Shown here one piece after another: positions 1-7,694 of a stretch of DNA of 64,000 nt (position 1 is the first letter of the stretch; each line of letters starts with the position of its first letter). The notes beneath the pieces are model-generated. The model did no database searches. It had not been told where the DNA came from and saw nothing but the letters and a program-made list of their open reading frames with translations. The position numbers and the translations under genes are program-made. Source of the stretch: Pseudomonadota bacterium (lineage in GTDB: Bacteria > Pseudomonadota > Gammaproteobacteria > Burkholderiales > UBA9220); contig JAJZVC010000008.1 of the NCBI GenBank assembly GCA_021845865.1, positions 1,137 to 65,136 on the forward strand, in the 5' to 3' direction.

Positions 1-2
1 GT

Positions 3-203
3 GTCATCGCCTGGCAAATCGCGCAGGAGATGAAGGCACAGAAGCTCACCAAAACCGCTCTGGCCGAGAAAATGCACACCAGTCGGGCGGCGCTTAATCG
101 CCTGTTGGATGATTCGGACACCAGCCTGACCCTTACCACCCTGGCCAGTGCCGCCGCGGCCCTGGGAAAGCGTGTCCGCATCGAACTGGAACCTTCCGCC
201 TAA
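3..203 (+). CDS. XRE-family helix-turn-helix protein (antitoxin-like), 5' end outside the window
   Basis: Frame is open from the window edge to TAA at 201-203. The translation ...AQKLTKTALAEKMHTSRAALNRLLDDSDTSLTLTTLASAAAALGKRVRIELEPSA has the HTH_XRE pattern. Confidence 0.6.
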   Translation, partial: VIAWQIAQEMKAQKLTKTALAEKMHTSRAALNRLLDDSDTSLTLTTLASAAAALGKRVRIELEPSA

Positions 204-206
204 AAC

Positions 207-1271
207 TTATTTGCACCCGACAGCATCGAGTTCCGCCACTAGGTCCTCACCTCTGAGGTGGGTATACCGCTTCAACATCTGCATCGTCTTGTGACCCGAG
301 ATCGCGGCCACCTTCTGATCGCTCAACCCCGCCTCCACCAAGCGCGAGATTGCCTCATGGCGCAGGTCATGGAAGTGGAGGCCCACGAAACCTTCGCGCT
401 TCACCAATTCGTTCCAGGTTTTCACCCACACATACGGCCGGCGCTTCTTATCCCGGCCAGGCTCTCCAAAAAACACCAGATCGGAATCTAAGGGCCGAAT
501 AGGGTTCTCCATAGCCTGACCCATCACCTCGGCCGCCGCCTTCGTCAAAGGCACGTTACGGGCCTCCCCGTTCTTGGTTTTGGGCAAATGGACGACACGC
601 CTTTTCAAATCAACTTGGCCACGTCGAAGGCCGGAAATCTCCCCCGCCCTCATGCTGGTATAGAGCGCCAGTTTGACGATCCAGGCAAACATCGGGTTGC
701 TGTGCTTCTCCGCCGCCTTAATGAGACGCTCTTCCTCGTCGGGCAACAGCCGCCGGTTACGCGCCGGCGGCGGCGAGGGTTTGCGAATATTCATCACCGG
801 GTTATAGGTCAGCCCCAGCCCCCATTCCCGGATAGCCGTGGTGTAAAGATGGGACAGGAGGGCCAACTCCAGCCGAACCGAACTCGGAGAAATCGGCCTC
901 TTTGTCCGCGCACTGGTGGCGGCAAGGCGTTCATCCCGATAGGTGGCCACCAAATCAGGACTGATAGCGGCCAAGCTGTATTTACCAAGGGAGGCAATCA
1001 GTGGTTTGGCGCTGGAAACCTCGGACCTGTGACTACCAACCGACTTAGCCGACGAAACTTCCTTGAGATACCTCTCCAGGGCTTTTTCGAGGGTCAAACG
1101 CTCCGCCGGCGCACGTTGGACATACACCCCACGCACCATTTCATCTTCGGTGCGTCGCGCCCAATCCTCGGCATCGCGCTTGGTTCTAAATGTTTTGGAA
1201 GTAGTCGGCCAGCCCTGACGACGGATGAGGGCTTTGTAGGTGCCGGAAGGGGTTTTTACGATGGCGGCCAT
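207..1271 (-). CDS. int: tyrosine recombinase / phage-type integrase
   Basis: The C-terminal catalytic region HDLRHEAISRLVEAGLSDQKVAAISGHKTMQMLKRYTHL shows the R..H-x-x-R..Y pattern. ATG at 1271 is preceded by AGGAG; the ORF track extends to GTG at 1289. The gene lies 86 bp from the 3' end of tRNA-Thr. Confidence 0.9.
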   Translation of the reverse strand: MAAIVKTPSGTYKALIRRQGWPTTSKTFRTKRDAEDWARRTEDEMVRGVYVQRAPAERLTLEKALERYLKEVSSAKSVGSHRSEVSSAKPLIASLGKYSLAAISPDLVATYRDERLAATSARTKRPISPSSVRLELALLSHLYTTAIREWGLGLTYNPVMNIRKPSPPPARNRRLLPDEEERLIKAAEKHSNPMFAWIVKLALYTSMRAGEISGLRRGQVDLKRRVVHLPKTKNGEARNVPLTKAAAEVMGQAMENPIRPLDSDLVFFGEPGRDKKRRPYVWVKTWNELVKREGFVGLHFHDLRHEAISRLVEAGLSDQKVAAISGHKTMQMLKRYTHLRGEDLVAELDAVGCK

Positions 1272-1357
1272 GAGCACTCCTGAATGCACAGTGTACCGAA
1301 ACTGTACCTTTAGGAGTTTTTGCCGTCCAGGGTCGGATTACAACTAATTGTTTTATA

Positions 1358-1433
1358 TGGTGCCGGCAGCAAGAATCGAACTCGCGACCTTCTGATTACA
1401 AATCAGCTGCTCTACCAACTGAGCTATGCCGGC
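1358..1433 (-). tRNA. tRNA-Thr (anticodon UGU)
   Basis: The reverse complement reads GCCGGCATAGCTCAGTTGGTAGAGCAGCTGATTTGTAATCAGAAGGTCGCGAGTTCGATTCTTGCTGCCGGCACCA. It has cloverleaf arms, anticodon loop TTTGTAA, a T-loop GTTCGATTC and an encoded CCA. Confidence 0.92.
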
Positions 1434-1671
1434 CAGGTGGGGGCCGATTATATAGGGCTTACCCGCACACCTCAACGCAACCGCTCAATAAGCCGCCCCC
1501 CCCACGGAACCGCCATGAATTCGCGGGTTCGTCTAAGGTATTCATATTGACACCATTTCGCGCACGGCAAAAAAATAGCCCATAGCGGCAAAAAAACCAG
1601 ATACTTAGAATATTCAAAAAAACATTCGCTCTTCCGCCTCCCCCACTGCCGGAAGCGCGCAGGACGCCCTA

Positions 1672-2406
1672 ATGAACAAATTAGCCCTACCCCCTGGAAC
1701 GTCCGCCCCAGAAGGCGAACAGCTTGGCGCGATGCTCATCGGCTTGGTTCAATCGCTAAAAAACGTCCAAGCCATTTCAGGCGAACGGGCGGCCCGATTG
1801 GTAGCGGACATCAAATCGGACGCCTGGTACCCGATGCCCATCTTTTTCGGCATCCTCGATGAAATCCAGGAATTCGAAATCGACCTGGATCCCATACTTT
1901 TTCAGGCCGGCGCCGCGTTCATCCAGGACTGGTTCACCCAATTCGATGGCCACACCGTGTTTCCCACAGCCAAGGACTTTATCCTTGCACAAGCCCAAAG
2001 CGGGGGATATGCGCAGGTGCACCGGGGAAACCCTGACGAAATCGGCTGGCTGGACCTGCTCGACTTAAACGAATCCGAGGGCCGAGCAACCGTGGTCTGC
2101 GTCACCCCCTATCCCAAGGAGTTTGAACGCGGGCTGTTCTTCTCCGGCGTGCGGATGGCGGGCGACGTGGATTACGCGCATGTCGATTCCGTTGAAGAGC
2201 CCTACAACCACTTTCTGAGCAAAAAGACCGTCACGATTCATTATCACCGCAAACCCAACGCGGCGATCAGCGATTCTCTGGATGCGTTCCTGGCCAACAT
2301 GTCTCCGTCAGCCCCCCCTCTCCCTGCCCGAGCATCTGCACGACGCCATCGCGTGGCGGCTAAAGGCGGCCCAAGAGGAGCACGAGAACGACCGGCTATT
2401 TTATGA
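1672..2406 (+). CDS. N-terminal sensor-like part of a split diguanylate cyclase; the tail after about 2318 is out-of-frame read-through
   Basis: The 244-aa ORF has ordinary composition for its first ~215 aa. After the C7 run it turns Arg/Ala/Pro-rich. It overlaps the next ORF by 125 nt. Confidence 0.55.
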   Translation: MNKLALPPGTSAPEGEQLGAMLIGLVQSLKNVQAISGERAARLVADIKSDAWYPMPIFFGILDEIQEFEIDLDPILFQAGAAFIQDWFTQFDGHTVFPTAKDFILAQAQSGGYAQVHRGNPDEIGWLDLLDLNESEGRATVVCVTPYPKEFERGLFFSGVRMAGDVDYAHVDSVEEPYNHFLSKKTVTIHYHRKPNAAISDSLDAFLANMSPSAPPLPARASARRHRVAAKGGPRGARERPAIL

Positions 2407-2977
2407 ACAAAGCAGCCTCCTGCTCTCAAAGGCGGCCAGCCGAATCTACGATCTATCGCAACGGCTGGACAAACTGGCGCACCACGACGAGCTCACGGAG
2501 CTGCTGAATCGCCGCGCCATCTTCGAAAAAGCGGAGCTCCTCCTCGCCGCCGCCGCACGCCACCATTGGCCGATGTCCTTCATCATGCTGGACATCGACC
2601 ACTTCAAATCCATCAACGACATATGGGGGCATTCCGCGGGGGACGACATCCTGCGGAGTGTCGCCACGGTGCTCAAGAAACGCTTGCGCGAGTCGGATTT
2701 GCTGGGCCGCGTAGGCGGCGAGGAATTTCTCGCCGTGCTCCCAGAAACCAACCTGGAAGGCGCTCGCATTCTCGCCGAGAATCTGCGCACAGCGGTGGAA
2801 CAGCACACGGTCAGGGTGGTAGGAACCGAGCGAATCTCCGTCACCATCAGCCTGGGCATCGTCATCGTGGACAAGCCGCAGCCCGGCGAAATCGACGCAT
2901 ACATCAAGCAGGCGGACCGGGCGCTCTATCATTCCAAGCACGCGGGCCGCAACCGGGCCACCATTTCCGCCACGTGA
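2282..2977 (+). CDS. GGDEF-domain diguanylate cyclase part (coiled coil + GGDEF)
   Basis: Contains HDELTELLNRRA, an RESD I-site five residues before GGEEF, and a SLGIV...ADRALYHSKHAGRNR tail. The true N-terminus is probably supplied by ORF 1672 through the frame change at 2312-2318. Confidence 0.8.
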   Translation: MRSWPTCLRQPPLSLPEHLHDAIAWRLKAAQEEHENDRLFYEQSSLLLSKAASRIYDLSQRLDKLAHHDELTELLNRRAIFEKAELLLAAAARHHWPMSFIMLDIDHFKSINDIWGHSAGDDILRSVATVLKKRLRESDLLGRVGGEEFLAVLPETNLEGARILAENLRTAVEQHTVRVVGTERISVTISLGIVIVDKPQPGEIDAYIKQADRALYHSKHAGRNRATISAT

Positions 2978-2989
2978 GCCGAACAGCCC

Positions 2990-3021
2990 AAAAAGCAAAA
3001 AGCCCGACCAGAGGCCGGGCT
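2990..3021 (-). terminator. intrinsic terminator downstream of the tRNA-fMet / tRNA-Arg unit
   Basis: The minus strand reads AGCCCGGCCTCTGGTCGGGCT followed by TTTTTGCTTTTT, which is a GC stem-loop plus a T-run. Confidence 0.6.
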
Positions 3022-3037
3022 AAGTGCGTGCTTGTAG

Positions 3038-3114
<77 letters not shown>

Positions 3115-3164
3115 TCAGGAAGCTGGGCATTATACGCAAATCGGAGGACATGTCAAGAATCCAG

Positions 3165-3239
3165 TGGCGCCCCCGACAGGAATCGAACCTGTAACTGGCC
3201 CTTAGGAGGGGCCCGTTATATCCATTTAACTACAGGGAC
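3165..3239 (-). tRNA. tRNA-Arg (anticodon CCU)
   Basis: The reverse complement is GTCCCTGTAGTTAAATGGATATAACGGGCCCCTCCTAAGGGCCAGTTACAGGTTCGATTCCTGTCGGGGGCGCCA. The anticodon loop is CTCCTAA, the T-loop is GGTTCGATTCC, and CCA is encoded. Confidence 0.88.
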
Positions 3240-3423
3240 ACGGCACCGCCCTACTTTGGAGACGGGCGAGGCCTTATTTTACGCCATCCGGGCCAAGAGC
3301 GAAATCCACCGCCATCCCTTTAGAATGCGAGATGGAGTATCCTAAGACGTGTTCCCCCGGGCGTTTCCCTCGTGGTTAGCACGAAGGGCGCCCCGCCTAA
3401 CCGTAATCTGCAAGGAGTTTTCC

Positions 3424-3819
3424 ATGGCCCCACTTACCGCCCCCCAGGCCGAACAGCTGAAAAAGCAGCTGCAACAGCAAAAAGCCGCGCTCTGGGAGGA
3501 TATCCGCGCCGAACTGGAGCGTTCCGGCAACCAGAAGTTCGCTGACCTGGCCGGGGAGGTGCGAGACCCGGGCGAGGAGTCCGTGGCCGCCATGCTGGTG
3601 GATATCGATGCCGCCATCGTGGACCGCCAGGTGCGCGAAATCCGCGACATCGAGGACGCCCTGGCGCGCATTGCCGACGGCGTTTACGGCGCCTGCATCG
3701 ACTGCGGCGCGGATATCGGGGTCGAGCGCCTCCAGGCCTACCCCACCGCCCTGCGCTGCATCCGCTGCCAGGATCAGCACGAAAAAACCCACGGCGGCGA
3801 GGGCAATCCCACGCTCTAA
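3424..3819 (+). CDS. TraR/DksA-family C4 zinc-finger protein
   Basis: Contains CIDCGADIGVERLQAYPTALRCIRC (CxxC-N17-CxxC) after a coiled-coil region. ATG at 3424 is preceded by AAGGAG; the track ORF starts earlier at 3349. Confidence 0.85.
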   Translation: MAPLTAPQAEQLKKQLQQQKAALWEDIRAELERSGNQKFADLAGEVRDPGEESVAAMLVDIDAAIVDRQVREIRDIEDALARIADGVYGACIDCGADIGVERLQAYPTALRCIRCQDQHEKTHGGEGNPTL

Positions 3820-3827
3820 ACCGTTCC

Positions 3828-5552
3828 ATGCCGGTCCACAACGCCGACATCGCGGCGATTTTCGAGGAAATCGCCGACCTGCTGGAAATCGAGGCCGCCA
3901 ACCCCTTCCGCATCCGCGCCTACCGCAACGCCGCCCGCGTGGTGGCGGAGCAGGGCCGGGAAATGCGCGGCCTGGTGGAAAAAGGCGAGGACCTCACCCG
4001 CCTGCCCGCCATCGGCCACGACCTGGCCCTCAAGATCACCGAGATCGTCGCCACCGGCCGCTGCGGTTTTCTCGACCGGCTGCGCCAGGAACTCCCGCCC
4101 GCCGTCACCGAACTGCTCCACATTCCGGGCCTGGGGCCGAAGCGGGCGCGCGCCCTGTTCCAGGAGCTGCATGTCCAGACCCTGGCGGACCTCCTGGAAG
4201 CCGCGCGGCAGGGTCGCATCCGCCACCTGCACGGTTTCGGCGAAATCACGGAACAGCACATCCTGCACGCCGTGGAGGCGCGCACGACGAAGAAAAAACG
4301 CTTCCGCGCCGCCGTCGCGCGCCAGTATGCCGAAGCCCTGGCGGCTTACCTCGCCGCCTCTCCACTCGTCGCCCGGGTGGAAATCGCCGGCAGTTTCCGC
4401 CGCCGCAAGGAGACCGTGGGGGATATCGACCTCCTCGCCGTCGCCACGCACGGCGCTGCCGTCACCGCCCGCTTCACCGCCTACGACGAGGTGGCCGAGG
4501 CGCTTTCCACCGGGGATACCCGCGCCAGCGCGCGCCTGCGCTGCGGCCTGCAGGTGGACCTGCGGGTGGTGCCGACCGAGAGCTTCGGCGCCGCCCTGCA
4601 CTACCTCACCGGCAGCAAGGCCCACAACATCGCCGTGCGCCGACTGGCCCAGGAGCAAGGCCTGAAAATCAACGAATATGGCGCCTTCCGCGGCAAACAG
4701 CGGGTGGCGGGCGAGACGGAGGAGGCGCTCTATGCCGCCGTCGGTCTGCCCTACATTCCTCCCGAGCTGCGGGAGGACCAGGGCGAAATCGAAGCCGCCC
4801 GAGCGGGCCGCCTGCCTCGGCTGGTGGAGCGCGCCGACCTGCGGGGCGACCTCCATTGCCATACCCGCGCCAGCGACGGCCGCCACGGCCTGCGGGAAAT
4901 GGCCGAGGCGGCACGGCAGCTAGGCTTGAGCTACCTGGCCATTACCGACCACGCCAGCCGTTCCGGCGTCCTCCACAGCCTCGACCCCGGCGCCGTCCTG
5001 CGCCAAATGGACGAAATCGACCGCCTTAACGCCGAACTGACGGGCATCGTCCTTCTCAAGGGGGCAGAGGTGGAAATCCTCGAGGACGGCAGCCTGGACC
5101 TGCCCGACACGGTCCTGGAGCGGCTCGACATCGTCATCGGCGCCGTGCACAGCCACTTCACCCTTCCCCGCGCCAAGCAGACCGCGCGGGTGCTGAAGGC
5201 CCTGGACCACCCCTCCATCAGCCTCCTCGCCCACCCTTCCGCCCGCCTCCTCGGCGAGCGGGAGCCCATCGACGTGGACATGGCGCGCATCATCCGCCAC
5301 GCCGGCGAGCGGGGCTGCTTCCTGGAACTGGATTCCCAGCCCGCCCGCCTGGACCTGGACGACCGTCATTGCCGGATGGCGAAGGCCGAAGGGGTGCTGG
5401 TGAGCGTCGACTCCGACGCCCACAGCCGAGAGGATTTCGCCAACCTCGGCCACGGCATCGGCCAGGCCCGCCGCGGCTGGCTGGAAAAGGACGACGTTCT
5501 CAATACCCGCTCCCTCGTGGAGCTGCGCAAGCTGCTGGCGAAAACCCGCTGA
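3828..5552 (+). CDS. polX: PolX-family DNA polymerase/3'-5' exonuclease with C-terminal PHP domain
   Basis: The N-terminus MPVHNADIAAIFEEIADLLEIEAANPFRIRAYRNAARVV and HhH motifs (IPGLGPKRARAL) are Pol-beta-like. The PHP domain starts at DLHCHTRASDG. Confidence 0.9.
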   Translation: MPVHNADIAAIFEEIADLLEIEAANPFRIRAYRNAARVVAEQGREMRGLVEKGEDLTRLPAIGHDLALKITEIVATGRCGFLDRLRQELPPAVTELLHIPGLGPKRARALFQELHVQTLADLLEAARQGRIRHLHGFGEITEQHILHAVEARTTKKKRFRAAVARQYAEALAAYLAASPLVARVEIAGSFRRRKETVGDIDLLAVATHGAAVTARFTAYDEVAEALSTGDTRASARLRCGLQVDLRVVPTESFGAALHYLTGSKAHNIAVRRLAQEQGLKINEYGAFRGKQRVAGETEEALYAAVGLPYIPPELREDQGEIEAARAGRLPRLVERADLRGDLHCHTRASDGRHGLREMAEAARQLGLSYLAITDHASRSGVLHSLDPGAVLRQMDEIDRLNAELTGIVLLKGAEVEILEDGSLDLPDTVLERLDIVIGAVHSHFTLPRAKQTARVLKALDHPSISLLAHPSARLLGEREPIDVDMARIIRHAGERGCFLELDSQPARLDLDDRHCRMAKAEGVLVSVDSDAHSREDFANLGHGIGQARRGWLEKDDVLNTRSLVELRKLLAKTR

Positions 5553-5596
5553 CGGCGGCGTGGTAGAATCGCGCCTTTCTTCCCTCCGAACCGCCC

Positions 5597-7498
5597 ATGC
5601 CCCTCGCCACCCTGGAAAACGCCTGCCTCGCCTTCGGCCACGTCGCCCTCCTGGACCACGCCGAACTGGTCATCGAGCCCGGCGAGCGGTTGGGCCTCAT
5701 CGGCCGCAACGGCACCGGCAAATCCAGCCTGCTGAAGATTCTCGCCGGCGCGGCCCATCTCGACGACGGCAAGGCCTGGCGCGGTCCCGACGTGCGCGTC
5801 GGCTACGTCCCCCAGGAACCGGCCTTCACCCCCGGCCAGACGGTATTCGACGCCGTGGCGGAGGGCACCGGCGAAGTGCGCCGCCTGCTGGTGGACTACC
5901 ACGGCGTCGCCCATGCCCTGGGGGAGACCGGCGCCGACACCGCCGCCTTGATGGAGCGCCTGCACCGCCTGCAGGAGGAACTGGAGGCCGCCGACGGCTG
6001 GAGCGTGAAAAACCGCGTGGATGTGGTCCTGACCAAGCTCGGCCTGCCCCCCGACACCGCCGTGGACGATCTTTCCGGCGGCTGGAAGAAGCGCGTCGCC
6101 CTGGCCCGCGCCTTGGCGGGAGAGCCGGACCTGCTGCTCCTGGACGAGCCCACCAACCACCTGGACTTTGCCGCCATCGAGTGGCTGGAAGACCTCCTGC
6201 GCGCCCATGCCGGCAGCGTGCTGTTCATCACCCACGACCGCCGTTTCCTCGACAACGTGGCCACCCGCATCGTCGAACTGGACCGGGGACGGCTGCTGTC
6301 CTATCCCGGCAGCTTCGCCGCCTACCGTCAGCGCAAGCAGGAGCAGCTGGCGGTGGAAGAAACCGTCAACGCCAAGTTCGACAAATTCCTCGCCCAGGAA
6401 GAGGTGTGGATCCGCAAGGGCATCGAAGCCCGCCGCACCCGCAACGAAGGCCGCGTCCGCCGCCTGGAGGCCCTGCGCCGGGAGCGGACTGCCCGCCGCG
6501 AGCGCCTGGGCGGCGTGAACCTGTCCCTGGACGAAGGGGAACGCTCCGGCAAGCTGGTGGCGGAACTGGTCAACGTGCGCAAGGCCTTTGGCGGCCGGAC
6601 CGTCATCCGCGACTTCTCCACCCGCATCATGCGCGGCGACCGCATCGGTCTCCTGGGCCCCAACGGCGCGGGGAAAAGCACTCTCCTCAAGCTCATCCTC
6701 GGCGAACTGGCGCCGGACGCTGGCGAGGTGCGCCTGGGCACCAAGCTGGCGGTGGCCTACTTCGACCAATTCCGCGAGCAGCTCGACCCTGAAGCCACCC
6801 TGGCCGACACCATCAATCCCGGCGCCGATTACGTCGAAATCGGCGGCGAGAAGAAGCATGTGGTGAGCTACCTGGGGGATTTCCTGTTCTCCCCCGCCCG
6901 GGCCCGCTCCCCGGTGAAATCCCTGTCCGGCGGCGAGCGCAACCGCCTGCTGCTGGCCCGTCTGCTGGCCCGGCCCGCCAACGTGCTGGTGCTGGACGAA
7001 CCCACCAACGACCTGGACATCGAAACCCTGGAAATGCTGGAGGAACTGCTGGAGAACTTCTCCGGCACCCTGTTCCTCGTCAGCCACGACCGGGAGTTCC
7101 TCGACAACGTCGTCACCCAGGTATTCGCCTTCGAGGGCGACGGGGTCATCCGCGAATACGCCGGGGGCTACGACGACTGGCTGCGGGCCCGCCCCAGACC
7201 GGAAGAGAAGACGGCCGAAAGGAAGGAACCGCCCTCCAAGCCCGCGCCCGCCAAATCCTCCGCCAAGACCAAGCTGAGCTACAAGGAGGGCAAGGAACTG
7301 GAAGCCCTCCCCGCCCGCATCGAAGCCCTGGAAAAAGAACAAAAGGACATCGGCGAGCAGCTTGCCGATGGCGAACTCTACCGCGCCGACCCGGAACGGG
7401 TGAAAACCCTCCAGGCCCGCTACGCCGTCCTCGACGAGGAACTCCTCGCCGCCCTCGCCCGCTGGGAAGAACTGGAAGCCAAGCAAGCAGTCTTATAG
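5597..7498 (+). CDS. uup: ABC-F family ATPase (Uup-like)
   Basis: It has two Walker A motifs (GRNGTGKS, GPNGAGKS) and two ABC signatures (LSGGWKKR, LSGGERNR). A Lys/Glu-rich coiled-coil C-terminus is present and there are no TM segments. Confidence 0.9.
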   Translation: MPLATLENACLAFGHVALLDHAELVIEPGERLGLIGRNGTGKSSLLKILAGAAHLDDGKAWRGPDVRVGYVPQEPAFTPGQTVFDAVAEGTGEVRRLLVDYHGVAHALGETGADTAALMERLHRLQEELEAADGWSVKNRVDVVLTKLGLPPDTAVDDLSGGWKKRVALARALAGEPDLLLLDEPTNHLDFAAIEWLEDLLRAHAGSVLFITHDRRFLDNVATRIVELDRGRLLSYPGSFAAYRQRKQEQLAVEETVNAKFDKFLAQEEVWIRKGIEARRTRNEGRVRRLEALRRERTARRERLGGVNLSLDEGERSGKLVAELVNVRKAFGGRTVIRDFSTRIMRGDRIGLLGPNGAGKSTLLKLILGELAPDAGEVRLGTKLAVAYFDQFREQLDPEATLADTINPGADYVEIGGEKKHVVSYLGDFLFSPARARSPVKSLSGGERNRLLLARLLARPANVLVLDEPTNDLDIETLEMLEELLENFSGTLFLVSHDREFLDNVVTQVFAFEGDGVIREYAGGYDDWLRARPRPEEKTAERKEPPSKPAPAKSSAKTKLSYKEGKELEALPARIEALEKEQKDIGEQLADGELYRADPERVKTLQARYAVLDEELLAALARWEELEAKQAVL

Positions 7499-7694
7499 CA
7501 GAGCCGCCGTCCACGAAACCCGCGTTGCGTTTGGCATTTAACAAAACTTATCATCGGGTTACAAAACACTCATGCCGGATGATATTGTCATAATCACCCA
7601 TCCACATGAATTTGCTGCGATTTCACTATATTTCTGTTAGCATCTTTAGCCTAAACTGAACTGAAACATTTCTCTCGCTGCGGGCGAAGGAGCA

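Noticed and set aside
3608-5029. A 473-aa plus-strand ORF extremely rich in Arg/Pro/Gly
   Set aside because: It is an alternative frame of polX with no plausible fold or motif. The polX frame carries HhH and PHP motifs.
5366-7486. A 706-aa minus-strand ORF
   Set aside because: It is antisense to the ABC-F gene uup, whose Walker and signature motifs are unambiguous on the plus strand.
7570-7600. The AT-rich segment GATGATATTGTCATAATCAC upstream of the kinase as a Fur box
   Set aside because: It aligns poorly with the GATAATGATAATCATTATC consensus, with fewer than about half the positions matching in any register I tried.
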